Notes: generated from the letters alone by a model not told the origin. 32,930 nt of DNA from Chiloscyllium plagiosum (GCF_004010195.1 NC_057750.1:13234463-13267392), one strand, 5' to 3'; shown: positions 1 to 9,030, numbered from the stretch's first letter. Numbers and translations are program-made.

Positions 1-689
1 AATATATCCTTGGTGGTAGGGTCCGTTTGGAGGTGGCGGAAATGACGGAGGATGATACGATGTATCTGGAGGTTGGTGGGTGGTAGGTGAGGACCAGTGG
101 GGTTCTGTCCTGGTGGCGGTTGGAGGGGCGGGGCTCAAGGGTGGAGGAGCAGGATGTGGAGGAGATGCGGTGGAGGGCATCATCAACCACGTCTGAGGGG
201 AAATTGCGGTCTTTGAAGAAGGAGGCCATCTGGGTTGTACGGTATTAAAATTGGTCCTCCTGGGAGCAGATGTGGCAGAGGCGAAGGAATTGGGAATATG
301 GGGTGGCGTTTTTACAGGGGACAGGGTGGGAGGAGGTGTAATCTAGGTAGCTGTGGGAGTCGGTCGGTTTATAGTAAATGTCCGTGTTGATTCGGTCGCC
401 CGAGATAGAAATGGAGAGGTCTAGGAAGGGGAGGGAGGAGTCTGAGACGGTCCAGGTAAATTTGAGGTCGGGGTGGAAGGTGTTAGTAAAGTGGATGAAC
501 TGTTCAACCTCCTCGTGGGAGCATGAGAGAGCGCCGATAGTCATCGATGTAGAGGAGGAAAAGGTGGGGATTGGTGCCAGTGTAGCTGCGGAAGATGGAC
601 TGTTCCACATACCCTACGAAGAGGCAGGCATAGCTGGGGCCCATGCGGGTGCCCATGGCTACGCCTTTGGTATGGAGAAAGTGGGAGGA
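1..689 (-). mobile_element. Penelope-like retroelement reverse transcriptase remnant (frameshifted)
   Basis: Minus-strand translations give GVAMGTRMGPSYACLFVGYVE...LYIDD (RT motifs B'/C) and FHPDLKFT...LPFLDL...DIYYKPTDSHSYLDYTSSHP..CKNA.PYSQFLRL..ICS, typical of PLE RT. The motifs are split across frames. Confidence 0.9.
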
Positions 690-975
690 GACGTGGTCAA
701 CGATGCCCTCCACCGCATCTCCTCCACTTCCTGCTCCTCCGCCCTTGAGCCCCGCCCCTCCAATCGCCACCAGGACAGAACCCCACTGGTCCTCACCTAC
801 CACCCCACCAACCTCCATATACATCGTATCATCCATCGTCATTTCCGCCACCTCCAAACAGACCCCACCACCAAGGATATATTTCCCTCTCCTCCCCTAT
901 CAGCGTTCCAGAAAGACCACTCCCTCGTCAGGTCCACACTCCCCACCAACCCGACCTCCACTCCCGGCACCTTCC
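690..975 (+). mobile_element. Inverted segment of the same PLE family (RT C-terminal/linker region)
   Basis: 690-883 is the diverged reverse complement of 1-193. It translates as DRTPLVLTYHPTNLHIHRIIHRHFRHLQTDPTTKDIFPSPPLSAF, typical of the PLE linker. Confidence 0.85.
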
Positions 976-1404
976 GAGAGGCATCCAAAATGGTTAATTG
1001 GACAGAAATGGTGTGCAGGGAAAAGACAGGAGAGTGGCACTAGGGGATAGAACTGGGACAATGGATTAAATGGCCTCCTATGCGCCAATCATTCTGTGAT
1101 ATCTTAAGGCTTCAAATTTCAATCACCTCACCATTGGTGACCACAGTTTCAGCCATCAAGGGGCCTGTGCTTTAACATTTCATCAGTCCACATGCCCCTT
1201 TCCCCCCCCCGCCCCAACCTCAGAGTTTTCCACCTCATTTTCCCCTCGTTAGCTCATCCTTAAAAGGCACCTCTTTGACCGAGGATTGGCTCATCTGGGA
1301 ATATTTCCTTGGAAGTTGTGTTCTGTTCTTCCTGTGGGCTGGGACCCTAACTCCCCCACACCCCATCTCTGTGACGCAGCAGGTGAACGGGTGGTGTGTC
1401 TGAA

Positions 1405-1680
1405 AACCCTGCCGCCATTTTGAATGACCAACAGGCTGGTGAAAGAGCCCAATTGGCTGCGGTTTTATGGGGTGCGCGCTCCGTTTCTTGGGAGTCGCGC
1501 GGGAAACCAGCCACGAGGTGCTAAGGCGGATGGAGACGGGACACTCGACAGGATTTAGCGGTTCGGTCTTTTTTAGCAGGACGAGGTCAACACGAAAGAG
1601 GGAGGGAAAGGGGAGGAGGGAGCTAGAGATTATCCTGCAGGATGGGGATTCCCGTGATTGCTGTCGCCATGGAGATCGTA
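1405..1680. promoter_or_regulatory. Candidate promoter/enhancer, CpG-containing motif cluster
   Basis: YY1 consensus GCCGCCATTTTG (1411-1422), overlapping CCAAT/ATTGG (1449-1456), E2F-type GCGCGGGAAA (1497-1506), NF-kB-type GGGGATTCCC (1644-1653), X-box-like GTCGCCATGGAGAT (1663-1676). Motif evidence only. Confidence 0.3.
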
Positions 1681-1760
1681 AAGCAATGGAGGACCCTCCT
1701 CTACTGAGGGGGATACAGAGGAGGCCAGGTGTCTAAGAATAGGCACAGATCCATGGGAAA

Positions 1761-2416
1761 GCAATGGCCCAGCGGTATTATCACTTGACTATTAATCCGG
1801 AAACCCAGCTAATGTCCTGGTTACCTGTGTTGGAATGCGGCCATGGCCCATGATGGAATATGAATACAATAAAAATCTGGAATTAAGAGTCTCATGATGA
1901 CCATGAATTCATTGTTCAATTGCTGCAGGGTGGAGGGGGAACCCATCGGACCCACTTAGAGTCATAGAGATGTACAGCACGGAAACAGACCCTTCGGTCC
2001 AATGCCAACCAGATATCCCAACCCGATCCAGTCCCACCTGCCAGCACCCGGCCCATATCCCTCCAAACCCTTCCTATTCATATACCCATCCAAATGCCTC
2101 TTAAATGTTGCAATTGTACCAGCCTCCACCACCCCTCTGCGTGAAAAAGTTGCCCCGTAGCTCTCTTTTATACCTATCCCCTCTCACCCTAAACCTATGC
2201 CCTCTAGTTCTGTACTCCCCCCACCCCATGGAAAGGACATTGTCTATTTACACTTCTGGAGTGTAAGTCTGCCATCCTCACCTGGTCTGGCCTACATGTG
2301 ACTCAAGCAAATGTGGTTGACTCTCAACTGCCCGGTGACATGCTCTGGCAAGCCACTCAGTTCAAAGGCAACTAGGGAGGGGTGAGCCAGCGATGCCCAC
2401 CTCCCGCCAATGAATA
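1761..2416 (+). mobile_element. tRNA-derived SINE (family 2), interrupted by a CR1 fragment
   Basis: tRNA-like head (GCAATGGCCCAGCGGTATTATCAC), body CTGCCATCCTCACCTGGTCTGGCCTACATGTGACTC and tail GGCAACTAGGGA..GCCAGCGATGCCCAC. Homologous to 12745-13064 and other copies in the window. Confidence 0.75.
1958..2250 (-). mobile_element. CR1/HER1-type LINE 3' fragment
   Basis: Near-identical to 23905-24260 and 11635-12150. Minus strand encodes FKRHLDGYMNRKGLEGYG and has a CTCTATGACTCTA tail. Confidence 0.9.
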
Positions 2417-2449
2417 CAGAAGAAAGCGAAAGACTGTACTCCAGGAGCA

Positions 2450-2610
2450 GTGCCCCCTATAGTCTGGGAAGCTATCCATTGGCTGCCCCCATCCAGGCAA
2501 GTGGGGAATATTCCATCACACTTGGGACTTGCAGATGGTGGACGGGCTTTGAGGAGTCAGGGGTTGAATTACTCGCTGCAGGATTCCCAGCCTTTGACCT
2601 GCTCTTGTGT
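2450..2610 (-). mobile_element. CR1-group LINE ORF2 fragment (second LINE family)
   Basis: GCTGCCCCCATCCAGGCAAGTGGGGAATATTCCATCACA matches 16548-16590. Minus strand encodes V.SVMEYSPLAWM. Confidence 0.7.
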
Positions 2611-2857
2611 TTGTGTGGTGAGTCTAATCGCGGAGACCCACCCAGAATTCCTCACTGTGCGCCAAGTTTAATTCTCACCGCGGTTGAATACCAGTTCAGT
2701 ACAGTTCATGACCTTTCAACTGTGACCCTATCGTTCGAGGCAACTGTGTGGAGGTGCGGGATGTAGGAGGACGGAGAGTGTAGGACGGAGGGAGTGTGGG
2801 TTGAGGTAACTCGCGAGAGAAAAGCTGCTGACACGAGTGAACTGCTGTCCCTCATTC

Positions 2858-2968
2858 TGACTTGTACGCCATCAGGACATTTGCAAGAATACCAAGCCAC
2901 AACGGAAGCAACAGTTTGGACTGCAGGGTTGACAGGGTGATTCCGATTGGTCGAAGCATTGTCATGGA
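2858..2968 (-). repeat. Degenerate copy of X-box/CCAAT/HHR-like repeat
   Basis: Reverse complement shares CCATGRCAATGC, CCAATC and GG(C/T)ATTCTTGCA..GTCCTGATGG with 4479-4625. Confidence 0.55.
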
Positions 2969-3059
2969 TGTGCCCAGGGAGCTGCGGTCTCCCACAGCTT
3001 GGCTTTAAAAAAAAAGCGAAATTTAGATGCTGCCTCTTCCACCAAAGAGGGCGATCGAA

Positions 3060-3545
3060 GGCAAAATGGCCGCAGGGTTGACCGAAACCCAGTTCTCTTT
3101 CACCTTCTGGGCTGTTTGTTGGTCAAAACTGACTCCAGGAGGCAGCTGAGCGGGAATTGCGTGAGGGCCGATGGGAATTCTGAGGCGTCGGCATTGGGAG
3201 CGTTGAGTCGAACGAGGAACTTGGGGAGGGGCGGGGTGGATGTTTCTGAGCGTACCTAAGGGGAGCTCCTTCAGTCGGGACATCAGATCCCGTCAGGATG
3301 CTCCTGAGGAATCCCCTCCCTCAAAATGTAAACCTCCCCCTCCAGCATCACACCTCCCCCCTCCCTTCACCGCCACATGAATCCCAAACCAGGACATTCT
3401 TCCAAAGCCAAGCGGTCCTCGATTTTGTCAACGGCCGAGCCGAAACTTTCCAAGAATCTGGAAGAGCTGGTCTCGGTAATTGGGGTATCACTGGATCGGA
3501 GTGAAGGCCGTAGATCCAATCAAAGTCCTAATTGGGGCGGGGCTG
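3060..3545. promoter_or_regulatory. Candidate promoter-like region
   Basis: CpG-containing unique sequence with YY1-like CAAAATGGCCGC (3062-3073), GC boxes GGGGCGGGG (3228-3236, 3534-3542) and CCAAT/ATTGG (3516-3520, 3531-3535). Confidence 0.3.
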
Positions 3546-3635
3546 GTGATGGTCTAGAATGTCACCCTGATCCTCTGGCACAGATTTAAGTTGTACGATC
3601 CCAGGATGCACTTTATTTTAATAATCTGTGTGTAT

Positions 3636-3853
3636 CAGAGTCGAAAGGTGTGGCGCTGGTGAAGGTCAGGCAGCGTCCGAGGAGCAGCAGAGTCAACATG
3701 TCGGGCGTAAGCTCTTCTTTAGGACTAATGTAGCGCTTACACCTGAAACGTTGACTCTCCTGCTGCGCAGATGCTGCCTGACCTGCTGAGCTTTTCCAGC
3801 GCCACACGGTTCGACTCTGACTCACCAGCATCTGCAGTCCTCAGTTTCTCCTA
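3636..3853. mobile_element. Palindromic PLE pseudo-LTR-derived short element (family A), decayed HHR cores
   Basis: Left arm GAGTCGAA..GTGTGGCGCTGG..AGGTCAGGCAGC..AGCAG.AGAGTCAAC is inverted relative to right arm GTTGACTCTCCTGCT..GCTGCCTGACCT..CCAGCGCCACAC..TTCGACTC. Confidence 0.75.
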
Positions 3854-3946
3854 GTACGAATTTCAGTGCCTGGGTGATACCAGCTAGCTAGGCCAAGCAT
3901 CTCAAAACATGCCAGGATTGTACTGAACCACCTACCTGTTAGATTC

Positions 3947-4231
3947 AGCATGGTGACATGATGGTCAACACTGCTGCCTCACAGCGCCAGAGACCCAGGT
4001 TCAATTCCCACCTCAGGCAACTGTCGGTGTGGAGTTTGCACATTATTCGTGGGTTTGCTCCGGTTTCCTCCCACAGTCCAAAGATGCATAGGTTAGGGTG
4101 AATTGGCCATGCTAAGTTGCCCGCAGTGTTAGGTGTAGGGGAATGGGTCTCGGTGGGTTGCTCTTCGGAGGGTCGGTGTGGACTTGTTGGGCCGAAGGGC
4201 CTGTTTCCACACTGTAAGTAATCTAATCTAA
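3947..4231 (+). mobile_element. HE1-type SINE
   Basis: tRNA-derived head with B box GGTTCAATTCC, core GTGTGGAGTTTGCACATT, LINE-derived 3' end GGGCCGAAGGGCCTGTTTCCACACTG and (AATCT)n tail. Confidence 0.9.
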
Positions 4232-4478
4232 TGCTGACTGGGTTCAATCAGCCCACCTTGCATCTGTGTCCAGGATTAAGTGCATTTCTGCGATTGGACA
4301 GCACTAGCCCTACAATCCCAAGCATGCTAGGAGTGACGCCAATTTGCAATTATTAAGCCAGTCTTGCAATGTAGCTCACTAATACTAGCTAGAATGTGCA
4401 CACCTTCATACACAGGGATGTGACTTGTGTAGGAAAAGGGGAAAATGTCCTTATATGGAATGCAATTTAGCCCTTTCA

Positions 4479-4625
4479 GTTTCTCCATGGCAATGCCTCA
4501 CCCAATCAGAGTTGCTTGCCAACCAATCAACACCCTTTTTGCGAACAGGAGAAACCTTTGTTCCCTTTGAAGTTTTGGCATTCTTGCATCGGTCCTGATG
4601 GGTGGAAGATGACAAGCTTTGATTT
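4479..4625 (+). repeat. X-box/CCAAT-bearing repeat ending in a degenerate HHR-like motif
   Basis: GTTTCTCCATGGCAAT, two CCAATC boxes, then GTC-CTGATGG-GTGGAAGAT-GACA-AGCT-TT-GAT. Second copy at 2858-2968. Confidence 0.55.
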
Positions 4626-5069
4626 GAATTTAATTTATTGTTGTTGACAGTGAAAAGTTTTATTTTGCGTGCAAAACAGGCAGATCATACAAACAAAGAT
4701 TATTAGGGTAATAGACCAGAGCGAGGGATACAATGTTACGGCTGCAGAGAAAGAGCGAGATCAACATTAAATTAGAAATTTGAAAGCTCCGTTCAGCTGT
4801 CTAATAACAGCGGGGAAGAAGCTGCTCTTGAATCTGTTGGTACATGTGTTTTACCTTTTGTATCTCCTGCCTCATGGAAGGGGGTGGAAGAGATTCTAAC
4901 CAGGGTGGGAGGGGTCTTTGATGATGATGGCTGCCTTCCTGAGGCAGTGGGAAGTGTAGATGGAGTCAGTGGGTGGGAGGCTGGTTTGTGTGATGGACAG
5001 GGCTGGGCTCACAGCTCTCTGTCGTCTCTTACCGTCCTGGGCAGAGCAGTTGCCGCACCAAACCGTGAT
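4626..5069 (-). mobile_element. Rex1/Babar-type LINE 3' fragment
   Basis: Minus strand encodes ITVWCGNCSAQD...SITQTSLPPTDSIYTSHCLRKAAIIIKDPSHPG. Homologous to 26352-26858 and 27680-28140. Confidence 0.85.
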
Positions 5070-5285
5070 AGGTCACAGTCCTGAGATAATTTAAGGTTTT
5101 CTCACAAAAAGGTGACATCTCAGCTCAGACAATGCAGTTAAGGTGTGAGGTTAGATTCTGTCTGTATCCCAACTGTGAGTCAGTTCTATTTCCAAAGTAG
5201 GAATTTATAAACTGTCACATGAACCGACGCATTGGAATAAACCCAGCCTGACTCACAGCTGGAATACAGACAGACTCTAACCTCA

Positions 5286-5441
5286 GAGTCGAAGAATGTG
5301 GTGCTGGAAAAGCACAGCCGGTCAGGTAGCATCTGAGGAGCAGGAGAATCGACGTTTCAAGCATCAGCTCTTCATCAGGATTCCTGATGTGCTTTTCCAG
5401 CACCACCCTCTTCAACTCTGATCTCCAGCATCACTTTCTCC
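5286..5441. mobile_element. Short palindromic family A element with 15-bp TSD
   Basis: Flanked by direct repeat CAGACTCTAACCTCA (5271-5285, 5442-5456). Arms GGTGCTGGAAAAGCACA / TGTGCTTTTCCAGCACC. HHR-like CTGATGA...GAAACGTC on the minus strand. Confidence 0.85.
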
Positions 5442-5590
5442 CAGACTCTAACCTCACACCTTTATACTTACATTGTCAGAGCTGAAATATCACCTTTATT
5501 TTATAAAACCTTAAATTATCTCGGGACTGTGACTTGAAAGAATTTCTGAGATTTGCATATTAATGAATCAAACCCTGCATCCCCTTTCTG

Positions 5591-5845
5591 GAACATAGAA
5601 CATAGAACAATACAGCACAGAACAGGCCCTTCGGCCCACGATGTTGTGCCGAACATTTGTCCTAGCTTAAGCACCCATCCATGTACCTATCCAATTGCTG
5701 CTTAAAGGTCACCAAAGATTCTGACTCTACCACTCCCACAGGCAGCGCATTCCATGCCCCCACCACTCTCTGGGTAAAGAACCCACCCCTGACATCTCCC
5801 CTATACCTTCCACCCTTCACCTTAAATTTATGTCCCCTTGTAACA
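5591..5845 (-). mobile_element. CR1/HER1-type LINE 3' fragment
   Basis: ORF 5662-5877 encodes TRGHKFKVKGGRYRGDVRGGFFTQRVVGAWNALP, followed by an (TTCTATG)n tail. Confidence 0.9.
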
Positions 5846-6269
5846 CTCAAAGGAATTAAAGACTTAACAGCAATCAATACATTGCATCAGTTTTATGACA
5901 CTTTGATCTTTTACTATAAATTCTGTTTCCTATGATCCTGCCCCACAAACAGTGCTCTGAAAGCTAATGCTTCCAAGTAAATCTGTCGGACTATAACCTG
6001 GTGTTGTGTGATTTTTAACTTTGTCCAACCCAGTCCAACACCGGCACCTTCACATTGTCAGTTCAAGATGACTTGAACTTTAAGGACATTGAAATGGTCA
6101 TTGGATCGGCATACAGATGATAATGGAATAGTGTAGGTTAGACGGGCTTCAGATTGGTTCCACAGGTTGGTGTAACATGGAGGGCCAAAGGACCTGTGCG
6201 GCTCTGGAATGTTGTATGTCTAAGTTCTCATGTGGGAAGGAAGGCACCACCATAAGCAGCACTCTCAAA

Positions 6270-6395
6270 ATCTGCCGTCCTTACCTGGTCTGGCCTTCAG
6301 GTGACTGCAATGTGACTGACTCCTAATTGCCCTCTGGTGTGGCTGAGAGGGCAATTAGAGACCGGCTGCAAATCCTAGCCCCATGCCCCATGGAA
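6270..6395 (+). mobile_element. SINE family 2, 3' fragment
   Basis: CTGCCGTCCTTACCTGGTCTGGCC...GGGCAATTAG matches the other copies. Confidence 0.7.
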
Positions 6396-7041
6396 AGGAG
6401 AGTGTATTTTCTTTCTTTTGTAAAACGCTCAGAATTATCCGCCAACGCCACTCCACTGCCCCAATGCTAACTCTGTGCATGTAACAGGAAAAACGAGACA
6501 TCTAATTGGCTGAGCTAAGATGCGCTCAATCTTAATGCTGGACGGCCAAATTGAGCAGATTCCTACGCATCCCACAATGCCCTGCTGACGCTAATCTTGC
6601 GGAGTTCCGTTTGAGCGACCGTCAGAATAAAACTGAAGCTTTTCTCCATCATTTCGTGCTCCCAGCTGCTTGTGGATTGGTGGGGCAGTGACCTTTGACA
6701 TGTCGGCTGATGTGGCAGCCATTTTGTGGCAGCCATTCCCACGAAGAACCGTCCGGCGAACATGCAGTAGTTTCGGAAGAAACGGAGACGAGAGAAAGAA
6801 CAGACATACCCAGCACTTTGGTCACATTTACCAATCATCTCGCAGCGAATGAGTTCGTCAGAAGTCTTGTTTCTGGCAAAGCAGCAACAGCTACATTTTG
6901 ACACAGTAGGATCCCAAGGCAGTGAAGAAAAATTGGAGAGTTTTATCACAACAGAGAGAATTGTGAATGTTTGAGGTAATTATGAGTGACACAGGGCAAA
7001 TACCGACTGCTAATATTGATTGAATAAACAGTTTATGGAGA

Positions 7042-7303
7042 TCAAAGATTTGTAGCTTGGGTGCTCGTTGTTGTGGTTCTGTTCGCCGAGCTGGGAATTT
7101 GTGTTGCAGACGTTTCGTGGTCAAACCACTATAAATGCTGGAGGAAAGATCACAGAAGCGCTTCACAGGAGGCTCCCAAGCACTGAGGATGTCACCTAGA
7201 CAGGGGACGAAACGTCTGCAACACAAATTCCCAGCTCGGCAGTCACCCAGACAGGGGACGAAACGTCTGCAACACAAATTCCCAGCTCGGCGAACAGAAT
7301 CAC
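7042..7303 (+). mobile_element. Short PLE-type insertion (family C) with inverted ends and 15-bp TSD
   Basis: Direct repeat AACAGTTTATGGAGA at 7027-7041 and 7304-7318. 7070-7118 is the reverse complement of 7258-7306. Contains an internal ~51-bp tandem duplication. Confidence 0.85.
7180..7219 (+). ncRNA. Minimal type I hammerhead ribozyme motif
   Basis: GCA-CTGAGGA-T-GTCACCTAGACAGGGGAC-GAAAC-GTC-TGC: core CUGANGA and GAAA, stem I GCA/UGC, stem II GUC.CCU/AGG.GAC, palindromic ACGU in place of stem III. Predicted cleavage after C7216. Confidence 0.7.
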
Positions 7304-7585
7304 AACAGTTTATGGAGAGAATTATTGACGGTAAATGGTATGCCAATCACTGAAAGACAGGCCCACATCTGCATGTGAAGAGAATATCATGAAATATTTG
7401 CAGAAAGTTTCATCTTGCTACATCTGAAGAGCATCACTCCGTTCAAATTACAGTGGGCATTTACATCTCGTTGTTTATTTGGAAATAAAAGTCCAAACTC
7501 AACTCAATATATTGAACAGAGTTGCACATACCAGAAGAAATCTTCAGTAATGAAATTAAAGGGAGGGGTGTAGCCCAGTGAGAAT

Positions 7586-8055
7586 GTGGCTCAGTGGTTA
7601 GCACTGCTGCCTCACAGCAGCAGGGACCCAGGTTCGATTCCGCCCTCGGGCGACTGTCCGTGTGGATTTTGCACATTCTCCCCGTGTCTGAGTTGGTTCC
7701 CTTCTGGTGCTCGGTTTTCCTTCCAAAGTCACAGAGATGTGTAGGTTCGGTGGATTGGCCATGGGAAATGACCCATCCCGTCCAAAGGTTTGCAGGGTTG
7801 GTGGGTTTGCCATGGGAAATGTCGGGCAGAAGTGGGTGCTGGCGATTAGGGTCAAGGTGAGAATGGTGCTGGAAAAGCACAGCATGTCAGGCAGCATCCG
7901 AGGAGCAGGAAAATCGACGTTTCGGGCCAAAGCCCTTCATCAGGAACGCAGGGTTATAGGATAAGGGGGCGGGTCTGGGTGGGAGGCTCTTCAGAGGGTC
8001 AGTATGGACTTGATTGGCTGAATGGCCTGCTTCCACACTGTAGGGATTCCATTCT
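7586..8055 (+). mobile_element. HE1-type SINE interrupted by a family A element
   Basis: A box TGGCTCAGTGG, B box GGTTCGATTCC, HE1 core, duplicated GGATTGGCCATGGGAAAT unit and LINE-like tail. Confidence 0.9.
7860..7946 (-). mobile_element. Family A element with intact HHR-like core (7916-7943)
   Basis: Minus strand reads TTC-CTGATGA-A-GGGC-TTTG-GCCC-GAAAC-GTC-GAT. Confidence 0.75.
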
Positions 8056-8094
8056 GAAGATAGCACACAAGGAAATTAATTTTAAAAAAATTTA

Positions 8095-8362
8095 AACAAA
8101 CTGGAATTATTAGCTAATCTGATGACAACAGTTGTTGTAAAATCCGCAGTGTGGGTTCACTAATGTCCCTTTAGGGAGGGTAATCTGCTATCCTCACCTG
8201 GTCTGGGCCTACACGTGACTCCAGACACAGGGCGAAGTGGCTGACTCTCAACTGCCGTCTGAAATGGCGCTGGCAAACCACGCGGTTCAAGGGGCAATTG
8301 GGGACGGACAACAAAATGGTGGCCTTGCCTTCGGCACCCGTACTCCCAAGAATGAGTTTTTA
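8095..8362 (+). mobile_element. SINE family 2, 5'-truncated
   Basis: GGTTCACTAATGTCCCTTTAGGGAGG..CTGCTATCCTCACCTGGTCTGG..GTGACTCCAGAC..GGGCAATTGGGGA. Confidence 0.75.
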
Positions 8363-8409
8363 AAACCGGAAATTTTGTTCAGTTTGTCAAACAACTTCCT
8401 TTCCTTGAT

Positions 8410-8628
8410 TGGGGGTGAGGAAGGAAGACACTGACAGAATTCCACATGGGGCTGGTATCCCATCATCGGGTCACCCTTTATCTACACGCGGAGGGTCCTC
8501 GACACTGACCCAGCTCCCTCAGAACCAGCTCTCAGAGCGAACAGAATCTCTGACCCTCCTGATTATATCTGTCAGCCAGGGCTCCCTGATTGAACCAGGT
8601 TAACAGCCCCAATCAGGGAACTCCTATT
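8410..8628 (-). mobile_element. Probable partial solo LTR
   Basis: Minus strand has inverted CCAAT-type boxes (CCCTGATTG..CAATCAGGG), a TATA-like GATATAAT, a polyA-like AGATAAA and a terminal ..TGTCA. No internal domain is seen, so the call rests on architecture. Confidence 0.45.
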
Positions 8629-8639
8629 CCAGGGATAGA

Positions 8640-8845
8640 ATAGTCTAGGAATAAGGGGTAAGCCATTCAGGACTAAGATGAGGAAGAATTTCTTCCCTCA
8701 GAGTTGTGAACTTCTCTCCTCCAGGAAGCTGTTGGGACCATTAGATATAATCAAGAGGGAGCTGGACATGGTCCTTGCAGCAAAAGGGATTAAGGGGAGA
8801 GGTTGGGAATGGGATTCTGAGGTTGCATGTTCAGCCGTGATCATA
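8640..8845 (+). mobile_element. CR1-type LINE 3' fragment
   Basis: GATGAGGAAGAATTTCTTC..CAGAG..TTGTGAA and a TCAGCCGTGATCAT 3' UTR motif. Confidence 0.75.
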
Positions 8846-8875
8846 TAGTCCAGGGGAGTGAGTCTGATGACAGCG

Positions 8876-9030
8876 CAGGGAGTGAGTGGCTGTCACAGAG
8901 GGAGTAGAGTCTCTGACCTCCGGCCTCTGACCCCCGGCCTCTCTGTACTGAGTACCTCATCACAAACCACTCTGTCTTTGAACCCAACGCCCTCAGTTAA
9001 GATCAGGTAGCTTTCCACCCAGTGCTTCAG
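8876..9030. repeat. Unclassified duplicated sequence, copy A
   Basis: Aligns in direct orientation with 13730-13879 (GGGAGTGAGTGGCTGTCACAGAG...GGCCTCTCTGTAC.GAGTACCTCATCACAA...GCCCTCAG.TAAGATCAG.TAG...CAGTGCTTCAG). Confidence 0.85.

Larger units (their letters stand above)
5072..6056 (+). mobile_element. PLE terminal (pseudo-LTR) region with an inverted 5' segment, carrying two nested insertions
   Basis: 5072-5182 is the reverse complement of 5249-5285 plus 5457-5533. The 3' end GCTCTGAAAGCTAATGCTTCCAAGTAAATCTGTCGGACTATAACCTGGTGTTGTG matches the HHR-bearing family B at 20275 and 28150. Confidence 0.7.

Noticed and set aside
378..1050. 221-aa and 135-aa plus-strand ORFs as host genes
   Set aside because: They are a chimera of antisense PLE RT and the inverted PLE segment.
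3367..3420. Similarity of PGLGFMWR to enolase-superfamily C-termini
   Set aside because: The match is only a few residues with no supporting domain, so it is likely chance.
8955..9029. Minus-strand exon LKHWVESYLILTEGVGFKDRVVCDE
   Set aside because: The same frame has three stops in copy B, the donor (GTACTC) is weak, and there is no acceptor.
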